From Intoshia linei (lineage: Eukaryota; Animalia; Orthonectida): 44,256 bases of DNA. The notes beneath the pieces were generated by a model, which ran no database searches, was not told where the DNA came from, and saw only the letters and a program-made list of their open reading frames with translations. Positions 11,601 through 22,986 of the stretch are shown in pieces (position 1 is the first letter of the stretch; each line of letters begins with the position of its first letter). The stretch covers positions 1 to 44,256 of the forward strand of contig LWCA01000175.1 of assembly GCA_001642005.1 (NCBI GenBank). The letters are read 5' to 3'. The position numbers and the translations under genes are program-made.

Positions 11601-14600
11601 AGTTTGATCTTTATTTTACTGTTCAAAACGGGTGTTACTGTATTTCTATACAAAATGTTAAATAATATTTAATTAATCAATATAAAAAATTTCCCTATAT
11701 TGTGTGTTCATTATATACGTATCTATCTTTTTTGTGTATCTATCGACGACAATTACACAAGCGCACAGCAGGAGTTGAATGAATAGAATATATTAATGGT
11801 TATAAATTGTATTTGTGGTTGAAAACGCATTGAACCCAATGTTATTTTAATTTCACATGACAAAACAAATCGTAAACAATTTGTAATGTTTCAGACACGA
11901 CCAAGATATCGTGCAGAGTTAACGATGTCACAGTGTGATTTGATCAAAGAAGAACATTGTATAAAAACAATATAAGTGATTTATAAAATATTTTACTTTA
12001 TGGATATATTACAAGTTAATCATGCACTATTAATTCGTTAATCGTTCAAAATTAATTAGTCACTAAATAAATTTTTTATTAATGAAATTATTATGAATTT
12101 CAATTATTTCATGACGTGAGACTAAATTGTAGCCTGTTGAGTTTTTTTTCAAAAAAAGTTTTTTGGTCAAAAGATTAATACATGTAGTATTTTTAAGATA
12201 AATGAAATACATACTGTACGACGTAAATCATAATCAAGTATCATTCATTTCTTAAATTTCAATAAATTTGACATTATAATCATATTAATGTATCCAAAGA
12301 ATTGTTTATAATGTTACATTATAATTATAATTAATAAAATATAAAAGTAATTATAATTGATATAAAAAAAATATCTTAGTACAACTTAATTTGTCCCATG
12401 AGTTCTTGTCTAAATAAAAATAAGCTGATTAAATTATCCCAATAGTATTTAATCAAAGTATATGTATTTCAATATAGACACTTTTATGTATAAATAAAAT
12501 CAAAGAATCGCAAAGATAATACAATTATATTAAAAATTCTAGAGAATCATAAGTTGTTAATGTAATGTACAAACCACAAAGGAGTAGATTCTAGGATTGT
12601 ACGATCCAACACACGTCTAAATATTTAATAATATTCTTATAATTCTTATAAATTTAATAAATTTTTAAATACATGCATATTGAAATTGATTATACTTTGT
12701 ACGCTTTATCAAAATATTTAAATTTATTATGATTGATAAATTTAATTTAAATTAACATGTAAATAAAAGTTATTAAATCTTTTCAAGTATGCCTCAGGCA
12801 AAAATATTAATAATAATTGATGAAAAAAGATTAATAGATAGTGCTTTATTAAATTATTCTTAGTCATCTCAATTCGAAAATAGTTTTCAGATTTGAAAAA
12901 TTAAATATGATAAATATATAGTGCTTTCTAACAACATTTCTTCTTTGTTACATATTTAATGACAATACTTTTTATTAAATCCTTAAAACTAAATTTTAGA
13001 CAAATACCACGCTTTTCATGGAAAAATATTAAGTAAAATTTTACTGATAAAGATTAATCATTTTAACTGACTTTACAAAGACTTGATAAAATAAATTTTA
13101 CGCTAAAATTATCTTTAATTTAATTATTCAAAGGGTTTTGCAAACATGGATTTTTTACCGAGTTAGTTGAATGGTTTTTTATTTTTTTGTTGATAAAATT
13201 TCATTATTCCCATGAGATATTGAAAATGACACATCATATCTTCATAATTCTAATTATAAAAGACACTTTGCATTATATGAAATTTATGTATACAATTTAA
13301 GTTGTATTTATGCAAAAAAGGAAAAAAATGTCACATGAAGCCAACCCTCCTCACGCGCCCGTAGGACTCAACAACAAACTCTCATTGCTAGGTTTTCGTT
13401 TGAAGTATACAAAACACAGTTGATTCATCTTAAGATTATTGTCATGGTTATAGGGAGTATTATTCTATTCAAAAATTCATATACTCAAGAGAATATTTTA
13501 TTTTGATTTTAGAAAATTTTTTTAAATTCTATCGATTTGATGTAATTATAATAAAATAAAGAATTTGACCAAATATTGAATGTATAACCAATAGAAACTA
13601 ACTTTTTAAATATTTTTTCATTTTACAGAGTTATTTTGTCCCCCGTTAATAAAATGTAATTTGGATAACTTTGAAATACAATATGCTTTTTATAACCAAA
13701 AATTTTTGATAATAATAATAATATTATTTATACAATCATGCTAAATATCAACATACCTTGATATAATGGATTCAGGAGGAAATTGTGAGAACTTGTTGAC
13801 AGTAAAATTAGGTGTTTCTGCTGTAATCGGTCCGTTACGTCTTGAATTGGTGGAATCATAAGGTATTCCGTTTCTAAGCATTCCGATATGTCTTGAATTT
13901 GCGAGATCATAAGGTGTTTCTTTTGTAAGTGTTCCAGTATGTCTTGAATTGGCCAAATCATAGGGTGTTTCTGTTGTAATCGTTCCGTTATGTCTTGAAT
14001 TGGCGAGATCATAAGGTATTTCTGTAGTAATTGTTTCGTTAGGTCTTGAATTGGCGAGATCATAAGGTATTTCTGTATTAATCGTTCCGTTAGGTCTTGA
14101 ATTGGCGAAATCATAAGGTGTTTCTGTTGTAATCGTTCCGTTGTGTCTTGAATTGGCGAGATGGTAAGGTATGTCGTTTGTAAGCATTCCGTTATGTCTT
14201 GGATTTGCGAGATCATAAGACATTGCTGTTGTAAATGTTCCGTTGTTTCTTGAATTTACGAGATTATAAGGCGTTTCTGTTGTAAGCGTTCCGTTGTTTA
14301 TTGGATTTGCGAGATAATAAGGTATTTGATTAAATCTAGATTTTATTTAATAATAATAATAATAACAATGTAAACCAGTATTGTTAATGATGCTGGTCGA
14401 TAAAGTGAATTCAAAAATGATTTATATAATTTAAGTTTCTTATAGTTAGCTTTATGAATTATAATGCTTATTAAACAGTTTAGTAATTTAGGGTGTTCCA
14501 CGACAAATTTTTGTATTTTATCTGCTTAAATCATGATCGAAACTAATCCATCTCAATATTATCCAAATGATGTCAGTAAAAATATTAAATTTTCAGCATT

Positions 14601-15015
14601 TTTTACTGATAAATACTGACAGTTTTGATAATTAAATACTGACAAATAAAATAAAAAATTAAGTTTATAAGTTACCTCGGTAATGGGTTTATAAATGCAG
14701 GATGTGTTGCAGCATTAAGCGTGATGTTAGTATTAACATTTATTGGGTTTCTGAAAGGGTGCATTCTAAATATTTTATTAATATAAATAATTGACTAAAT
14801 TGATAAAAAAATTACTGTTGATTTTGAGTAAAATTTGGATATATAAAGGGATAATTCGTCATTGGGTTTGGGTATTGTGGATAATTGGCCATTGGATTTG
14901 GATATTGTGGATAATTTTGTCGTTTTCGTTTATTATTTGTGTTTTGATTTTGATTTGAATTTGGGTTTTGATTTGAGTTTTGATTTGAGTTTGGGTTAAT
15001 GAAATGGTTGTACAT
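8688..15015 (-). CDS. Dll: Distal-less/Dlx-like homeobox transcription factor, 8 coding exons, 408 aa: 15015-14816, 14765-14676, 14335-13757, 10548-10466, 10309-10262, 9958-9874, 9802-9709, 8735-8688
   Basis: All introns are GT-AG with matching phases (2,2,2,1,1,2,0), giving 1227 nt with no internal stop. Homeodomain [60 protein letters not shown] has Dlx-like PRTxY, YLAL and [18 protein letters not shown]. The homeodomain call is secure; joining across the 3.2-kb intron rests on phase compatibility. Confidence 0.8.
13816..14325 (-). repeat. Coding minisatellite: 10 x 51-bp (17-aa) units, consensus [TI][16 protein letters not shown]
   Basis: Clear 51-nt periodicity with no frame-breaking indels, inside exon 14335-13757. 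Confidence 0.95.
14836..14997 (-). repeat. Short coding repeats in exon 1 (NPNSNQ-like; NYPQYPNPM 27-bp units)
   Basis: Visible in ORF 14812-15015: low-complexity N/Q/P/Y sequence. Confidence 0.8.
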
Positions 15016-15023
15016 TTTTAGTA

Positions 15024-15200
15024 GCTATAATATAAATTAATTAAATAATTATTACAATTTAAAATTAATAATTACCGTAAAATATATTGATACCCAACAA
15101 TTATCTATTTCTAAATTCAATTTCTTGATTATGACAATATCGATAATATTTGAAAAGCAGTAAAAGTATTGTGGGCGTATGCAATTGAATGCGTCTAATT
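15024..15200 (-). promoter_or_regulatory. Probable 5' UTR intron (15025-15075) and non-coding first exon/promoter of the Dlx-like gene
   Basis: Acceptor AG at 15026-15025, 9 nt before the ATG; donor GTAA at 15075. The upstream segment has no in-frame ATG. TGGGCGT (KLF/SP-like) and TAATTAATTGG motifs lie at 15172-15206. Confidence 0.4.
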
Positions 15201-17726
15201 AATTGGCTTTAGATTACGACTAGTCGTCACATAAATTTCGACGTGTTTATTAAAAATACTTAAAATTGATAAATGATTGCATGTACTTTGTAGTTTAAAA
15301 CGATTTGAAATGGTTGCAAATTAAATAGACAACAATTTTATTATTGTTATAATTGTAACAATGTAGTCACGATATTACACGCCCATTTTTTAAACAATAT
15401 TCCAGTATAATATACAAATGTACGAAATGTACCAATTCAATTCACACTGACATCAAAGATTGCAATAAATTGAAAAATGGACACAACTGTCACATTAAAT
15501 TATGTTTACTTTACATAATTTTACAAATTTGATAAATCTTCAAAGTTTTTTGTAAACTTTTCAATTTAATTATGTAATGATGAATGACTTATAAATCTGT
15601 GATGGATCAATTTATGTTTTTTTATTTTTATTATGTTTTTAAAATATTTTAAATTTAATTTGATTTACAAATTTACAGTGCTGTAAAAGTTGGGGACAGT
15701 GCGGCGCCGTTTTATTAATTTATTTTGTTATTTCAATGTTTCATTTTTTGTCATTTTATTATAGCAACATTTAGCTGTTAAATTTTAGCATAATAATAAT
15801 ATTTAAAGTTTTATTTATACGCTTAAAATTTACATTGTGACATTCAACTCGTGTCATATGTTAGTCTATTCAATCGTTGACCTATGGATTATATTTTCGT
15901 CAAATATAAAAAGTTTCAATTCTGAATATACATAGTATGTGTATTCAAATTCAGTCAAAAATATTCATGATATTATAATATATACAAATTTTACTAAATT
16001 TGATACACAGTCCAGATAACAATAGCGCTAAAACAAAGCATTCCGTCTGTCAAATTGTGCTCGAGGTTATAATAAAAACGACATTTCTAATATGGACTGA
16101 TAAAATCAAATTTGGTTTAATTGTTATATTCAATCAAATAAAAGTAGTTGCATATTTACGTGCAAAGCACATTGTGGATAACTAAATTAATTTTTACATG
16201 TAAAGTTAATTAAAGATTTAATAAAAAACAATAACAGCACATTTTTTATTTTTTGTGTTTTTTTTAATATTTGCTTTATGTAATACATTAATGATTAGGG
16301 CATTCAATATTTAAAAATATATTCCATTATAGATTAGTTTTTAATTAAAAAAGTTGAAAAAGTTGAAAAAATTGACACGTACTCAATGTCATATACATTT
16401 CTAGGAACATTTTATGTCTTTGACAAAAAAAATTAAAAAACAATATATTGGCATTTACTTATCCCTTTCAATTTCATTTAAAACACTCGAACCATTTTAA
16501 GATTTTCAACATACATTACATGATTAGAAATCGATACTTCGATAATTATTCCATTACGCAATTAATGTGTAGTAAATTGTAACACGCACAATGTATTTAA
16601 TATTGGATTTTTGATTCTAAAGATGAGCTGACAGCGTGACCGAGTTTTATTTTATCTGACTTATAAAATTATATTAGAATTTTGAAATGTAATTAATTCA
16701 AAAAGTTTTTAAAGTTGGATGAGGTCATATCATTTAATGGGAATAAAGTAATGATCAAGTCAAAAAAATAAACTATACATGCATATTAAATTAAATTTTA
16801 TGTCAAATATGACATAATACAATCTAGCTCATCAGGGTTAGCTTGGCGATGAAATTTTTGAAAAATCATTTTTCCAAATTGAACGTCTAAAAAAATTTGT
16901 ATTTTTCAGTATCGTAACTGTTTATTTTTAAATAAATTTAGTTAAATATATATTTTAAGTTCAGACGAGTGGATAGGTGCTAGATTCTAACAGCTAGGGC
17001 TGCATGATACTAGACATACGTGGAGTTTGCAAAAAAAATTAAAACACTATTTTTATTTTCGGGCCTCGAAAATGGTTCGTTTGTGTATAAAATAAATTAT
17101 TATAATATAAAAAAAAAATAAAACTAGATTTTTAACTTCTGCGTATCATTATTTTAAATCAGCAGTTTTTGCTACATTTTATGTTAATCATGTTAGTGGA
17201 ATTTATATTTTACACATTTATATAATACTGAAACAAGTTTGAAAGTGTGTCGATACTGTTTGATAACCAGCTTGACATGAAATTATGTAATTTATTCTTA
17301 GAAAAACATTTTAGATTCCTAATATAAAACTTTGTACCAATTAGTATGAAAATGAGGAAACCATGTATTAATATTAACTAGCAAATAATTTTTTTGTTGA
17401 CAATTATCAATTGTAAATTAACCGAAAAGTCAACAATCAAACAAAATAACATGAACCTTTAACTAAAAATAATAGAGAAAAATTGAAATGGAACCAAAGT
17501 AATGTGATTTTGTGGTTTTTAACAATTTTTGTGCTTACTTACATACTTGGCCGTGAAGAGCTTTCCGTAATGTAGCCTTTCATATATTTTTTTTAAAAAT
17601 GGCACGTATAAGGTATACACAATGTACATTGTACATTTTACATTACTATTTGTATATTATAAATCTTATTTATTTTATTAACGTTAATTCTATTAAATGT
17701 AAATTATATTAATCACTTTTTATGAT

Positions 17727-18214
17727 ATTATTTCAGTCAAGTGTTTAATTAGCACATGTCGGTTGTTGTATCTTTAATTTTGTAACTTATGAAATGTTGT
17801 CAAAATAATAAACAATACAAATTTAGATCATTTATTTAAACGGATTATCTGCGTATAATTAATTAAGTGTATAAGCAATTAACTAATCCTTTTTAAGTAT
17901 CATTAGGATCGAATGTATATTTCAATGAATAGAATTTTCAATTAACTTTTCAATAATTAATGGTACAATAAGTGTCTTTGTATACGTATTACACTGGTAC
18001 ACAGAAGTGACGTTATTTTTTTGATATGAATCAAATTATAATATTATTATTTCAGTCAAGTGTTTAATTCGTACATGTCGGTCGGTTTATCTTTAATGTT
18101 TTAATAGACGAAATGTTTTCAAAATATAAACAATACAAATATTGTTTATTTATATGAATTGTAAACGGATTATCTGAGTATAATGATAAAAGTATTTAAA
18201 TCATTAACTAATCC
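17727..18214. repeat. Diverged direct duplication, ~165-bp units (17727-17890 and 18046-18214)
   Basis: Shared blocks ATTATTTCAGTCAAGTGTTTAATT, ACATGTCGGT, GAAATGTT, TAAACAATACAAAT, TAAACGGATTATCTG, ATTAACTAATCC. Confidence 0.85.
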
Positions 18215-18306
18215 TTATTAACGGTAAATATAATTTTATTTTTATAATAATCTATGCTGATGAAAATTAACTTTTGAACTACATTGTATTAATTTATTGC
18301 AATTTA

Positions 18307-18829
18307 TATGTCGTATAGAATGTACAACTGTGAAATGTACAAATTCCACGGGCAAGTCGTAGAATGTACACATCTCATGGATAAGTCGTACAGTATACAG
18401 TACAGATTAACGTAACAAGGCAGCATATATTATTAAGATTAAAAATAATTAATTCAATTTATTAAATATTAAATTTATAACTGGAAACACGATATTTGAC
18501 ACAGAAATCATTAATAACTAATTAATTATTGGTGATTTCTAAAAATCTTAAAAACCCCTCTTGAAAGTTTGGTTCAAAAAAAATCGTAATTAAATGGTTT
18601 GATATTAATTAAATGAAAGTTTTACAAATACAAATCAATTTAAAAATAAACATGAGCTTGTTAATTTAACTTTAACTTTAATTTAAATTTGTAAATTCAT
18701 TGTTAGCAAAGCATCAATTATGTATCTAACTCTGAATTGGCGTCTAAGACACATTCTTAGTCAAATAAATTCTACGACTTGCCCGTGGAATGTGTACATT
18801 TCACAGTGGTACACATTCTATGCAACATA
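18307..18829. mobile_element. MITE with ~60-bp TIRs (family shared with 43549-44066)
   Basis: TATGTCGTATAGAATGTACAACTGTGAAATGTACAAATTCCACGGGCAAGTCGTAGAAT at the left, near reverse complement at the right; internal AACCAAACTTTCAAGAGGGG motif also in the second copy. Confidence 0.8.
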
Positions 18830-18863
18830 CATATTAATCGTAATAATTGTCTAATAGATAATG

Positions 18864-19113
18864 GATAAAAAACGATGTGGATGCGCAATATCAATGTTGT
18901 AACCAAAAATCGTTACAGACAACCAATATTTCAAATAGATGAGCAATATTGAATAAGCCATCCATTATGCAATAATTTATGATAGCGGTTACCACGACAA
19001 AAGAATGAACTTACTGAGCTGTATTCGATATTGCTAATCTATTTAAAATATTGGTTATCTGTAACGATTTTTGGTTACAACATTGATATTGCGCATCCAC
19101 ATCGTGTTTTATC
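18864..19113. repeat. Long inverted repeat (foldback): 92-bp arms, 66-nt spacer
   Basis: 18864-18955 is the reverse complement of 19022-19113 with about 5 mismatches. Confidence 0.93.
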
Positions 19114-20068
19114 GAATTTTTTAATTTAATTTTAAGTCATAATGAATATCAAGATATATTTGTATAACTAAAGTCATTTACAGAATTATCGACATATTTG
19201 TGACTATTAATGTTGTTTTCCGGTAGCTGTAGTAACTATTTATTTTAAAACGGTTATGCTTACATATATTTAGTAAAATTGATTCATTTTGAGTTGATGG
19301 TAGCAATTGAATTCTAAAATAATGTAATGATTGATAATGTAGATTGGGTTCGCCAAAAATGGTTAAAATGAGAATATAAATCCAATCTACTTCCAAAAAA
19401 TAATTTTTAATAACTACATAGTATGTAATACATAACTACATGTATATTATTTATATTGCACCTAAATCAAGGTGTGAAAATGTAATGTTGCTGATTTTAA
19501 ATTCACCGCGGCATAATTTGAAGTTTTTTGTTATTATATATTTACTAGTTGGCTGTTTTGTACTTTGCACATTAATAATTTTAATTTTAATTTTAACAAA
19601 AAAATAAAAATACCCTATTCACTATTACCAATATTTGAAAGAAATGGTTCCCAAACGTGTGGAGACAATTTTTTATTTGTAAATTGTAGGATTATTATAA
19701 TTAAAACATTAAAAATTTGTCCTCTAAAATCCTCTTTAAAATTTTCATACAAAAATATTTCCCTAAACTCTCTTTTGAATTTGCTACACAAAAATTGAAA
19801 ATTGATAGCAGTCGAATGTGTGCTACTTTTATTTAAAAAAATAAGTCCTAGAATTTAAAAACAGTAGCTAGCTCTGCCAAGGGCGAACATTGCTAATTTT
19901 ACCCCAAAAAATTAAATTCAATCTTAACTCTTTAAATGTGGAATGTTAAAGATGTGATATCATAATAATCATGAATAATTAAATTATGAAAAATATATAA
20001 AAAACTATAAAAAAAGAAATATGTGTAAAAAATTTAATTATAATTAATAATTAAGCTAGATTCTAGTC

Positions 20069-20396
20069 CAAGATTTAGCAACCAGTGACCTGTGTCCCAA
20101 ATAAAAATTTTGGTGATCCTTTGAATAAATATGTAAATTATTTATTTTAAAATTTTTCACCTTTTAAACATTTTTCTTAATAACTGATCGTTATTAACTA
20201 TACATTTAATTGGCTGATTTTAATCATTTTAACTTGGACTTTTCAGACGCCCTAAATGTTATATTGTTGAATTAACTAGAATCGTTTCTCTTCAGTCAAA
20301 TTAAAATTTATCACGTATAAATTTTCAAAAACGGGACTCGTAGAACGTTTTGATAAAAAAAGTGGTCCACGATACGCAAAAGGTGGCCGACCCCTG
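20069..20396. mobile_element. hAT-type MITE related to 3777-4007, in opposite orientation
   Basis: Ends CAAGATTTAGCAACCAGTGACC / AAAGGTGGCCGACCCCTG; perfect 8-bp TSD TTCTAGTC (20061-20068 and 20397-20404). Confidence 0.88.
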
Positions 20397-20985
20397 TTCT
20401 AGTCTAACAGATTAAAAGAAATATTATCAATTTTATTTACAATTTTCAATAATTAATTTTAAATTATACTAACCCTTAAAGTCGAAAAAATGTCATTTAT
20501 CAGATAAAAAAATTTCTTTTTATAAACAAAAAATTAAAATTAAACTTAACTTTCACATTTTCATATGGCTAATAATTGAATAAAACGAAAATTCAGACAA
20601 TATAATGTTGAATATCTCAAGTCTTGATACATTGGTTCAACTAATAATAATAATAAAGAGTCCAACAAAATAACAACTTTTTTTATGCAAAAGTAAACTC
20701 AAGTGCCCATGAAAAAGATTTTTGTATTTAGATGAGTTTTTTTGTATCACGTTCAGATTGTGCATTGAAGATGATAAAAGATTTCAATATTTTTTTGAAA
20801 TATTGACAGTATTGAAAATGCAGATATCATGGAAAAAATAATTAATCAAATTATTTATATCAAAAAATATTATTTTTTATTACAATATTCCATAAAAGAG
20901 GTAAATAGTAAATTAATTTTTTTACCGTTAAGGTGTAACTTTGTAATGTTGAAATTTTATGTGTATCTTTAAAATAATATCTTAA

Positions 20986-21263
20986 CCCTTTTAAAACCGA
21001 ATTAATTATAAACGACTTAAAAAATAGATTAATCTTATAAAATGCTACAAGTATTAAAACTTAAGATATTACGTAAAAAAAATTAAAATTAAAAAATAAT
21101 TAACCATCGTTTTTCAGAATTCATGTCAGAACTGAATTCCGGAATTAAGGCCAAATTTCAAACTGATAATAGCTAGTATCTTAAAGTAAGTTTGATGGAT
21201 GAAAAATATCCAGTTTCATACCTAATACTTATTTTTTTTAGAATTGTTATTGCTTTGAAAAGG
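20986..21263. mobile_element. Possible piggyBac-type MITE
   Basis: TTAA|CCCTTTTAAAAC ... GCTTTGAAAAGG|TTAA; imperfect TIRs with TTAA flanks. Confidence 0.35.
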
Positions 21264-21564
21264 TTAACTGGAAATAACTACTATAGTATAATTATTTAAA
21301 ACAAAAGAATTATTTTATTTCAAAATAATGGGCGATTTGATGTTTTTATTGTGAAGATACAAGTTTTTGAAGTTGAAATTTATGATAATGCTATTGATTT
21401 TAAAAAATATGCCAGGATTTATGTTTTTAAAATTTTAAACTCTTTTTATTTTTAAAAAAGAGATAATTTATGTTTTTGGTGGTGAAAATACCAATTTCTG
21501 AATTAGTAAATTTATCTTACGTTCTACATCGGAAAAAATTACTTGGAATTTTTATTTTTTTCAG

Positions 21565-22637
21565 GTTTCAGGTTTTGTTACACAGACAGGCCGACAAAGA
21601 TACATTTTTAGCAATCCATACGTTGTATAAGTGAATATTTTTATATAATTTTGTCAGAAATATAATTGTGGGAATCTGCTTTAGTGGAATATTAGTATCT
21701 GGAGTTTTTAATAATTTTATATTATTAGTCATACAGCTTACAAAAAAAAGATACAAAAGAAGTACCACAAATGTATACGTATTTCACTTGGCTATAGTGG
21801 ATTCCATATTTCTGTTATTGTGTGTACCATTTCACTGAATAATATACATTCTAGGAACGTGGCCATTTGAAAGTGTAATTTGTATGTGTCAATTTTTTGC
21901 AATAGCAGTCAATGTATTTGGGCATATATACTTTATGTTATATGGTATTAGATAAATTACTAGTAATCCTTAATAATACTAAATGGAATAAGTACATAAG
22001 AAAAAAATTATGCTACAAAGCTCTAGTGTCAAATTGAATAATTTCATCAATTGTTTGTTCAGCTTGGGTAGCTTTATTCAAAATCGCAATAATAAACGAC
22101 AGCATTCAAGCTTGTTTTGAAGATTGGGGTACTTATTATTATTTACGTCTATATTACTATCTATTCATCAATTTTACAGTATACATAATCCCATTACTAT
22201 TGATTTTCATCGCAACAATTTACACTATTCATAATATCCGAAAAATAAAAACAAAGAAAAGTAAGGTGAACCTGCAATGCGATAGCAGGAAAATGTTTTG
22301 TAAACTGAGTTTCAAAAAATCTTATGTAAAATGCAAAAGAAACGGTGTACGGATTATACGAAATCAACATTTTAAGATAAATACAATTAAACCGTTGATA
22401 TTTGTATTTATTGTACTTTTTATTACCTGTCTTCCTACGTCTATTGTTTGGATTTGGCAAAGTTTATGTCTAAACTTAAAAAATCATGGTATAATAGTTT
22501 TTTATTATTTTCGATTATATGCTCATATTTCTTCGTATACTTATTCCTGTATAAATCCATTTTTATCCATATTATTCTCTTCCAAATACAGAAAGTATGT
22601 AAAAGACAGTTTTCTAAAATCTATAATTGTAAATTAA
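21565..22637 (+). pseudogene. Class A GPCR, allatostatin-A/galanin-receptor-like, disrupted (TGA at 21632, 21836 and 22035; frameshift near 21920)
   Basis: TM1 IIVGICFSGILVSGVFNN; KRSTTNVYVFHLAIVDSIFLLLCVPF (TM2); GTWPFESVIC; GIYTLCYMVLDKL (TM3, DRY equivalent); SN*IISS (TM4); ACFEDW; YIIPLLLI (TM5); FITCLP (TM6); SYTYSCINPFL (TM7). Splice acceptor TTTTTTCAG at 21564. Confidence 0.85.
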
Positions 22638-22986
22638 ATTAAATTTTTTGTTATTTGCTGTTGTTAAAAAGTTTGTTATATTGTGAGTATGTTTATAATT
22701 AAAATATTTCATGATGCAATACAATTTCCGTAATATAATCAATAAACAAGATTTATAGGGTCTTCACCTATTCTGATGTATGTATATATTTTTAAATTTA
22801 CATTATAGTAAATTTGACAGTAAAAATGACTTTTTTTATAAATTAAATTTCATTGATGGTAGCATTTTGTTGTACCGTAAGTTTAATGCTAACCGCGGCA
22901 TCAAGATAATAATAATATGTCGCTGCAATAAATGGAAAATAGCCAAGTGATAAATATAAACTATTTCTTTGTAAACATTATAACAT

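Noticed and set aside
13728-14216. Alternative-frame ORF ([10 protein letters not shown]...)
   Set aside because: Shadow frame of the repeat; only the PYDLA frame is phase-compatible with flanking exons.
13816-14325. CRISPR-like repeat-spacer array
   Set aside because: Units are contiguous homologous 51-mers with no unique spacers, lie in a spliced exon, and there are no cas genes; the context is eukaryotic.
17731-17750. U2 snRNA similarity (TCAAGTGT)
   Set aside because: Lacks the GTAGTA branch-pairing sequence and the rest of U2.
20605-20900. Possible upstream exon(s) of the GPCR (MLNISS..., donor at ~20900)
   Set aside because: Interrupted by stops; cannot be linked in frame with confidence.
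21568-22460. Minus-strand ORFs 21568-21768 and 22197-22460
   Set aside because: Antisense shadows of the GPCR pseudogene.
21565-22637. Genome-wide UGA=Trp code reassignment
   Set aside because: All seven Trp codons I found in the two intact genes are TGG with no in-frame TGA, which is unlikely in such AT-rich DNA if TGA were Trp. The GPCR also has a frameshift.
22845-22985. Open minus-strand stretch (CLQRNSLYLSLGYFPFIAATYYYLDAAVSIK...)
   Set aside because: Does not continue the Tc1 transposase, and no family is recognisable.
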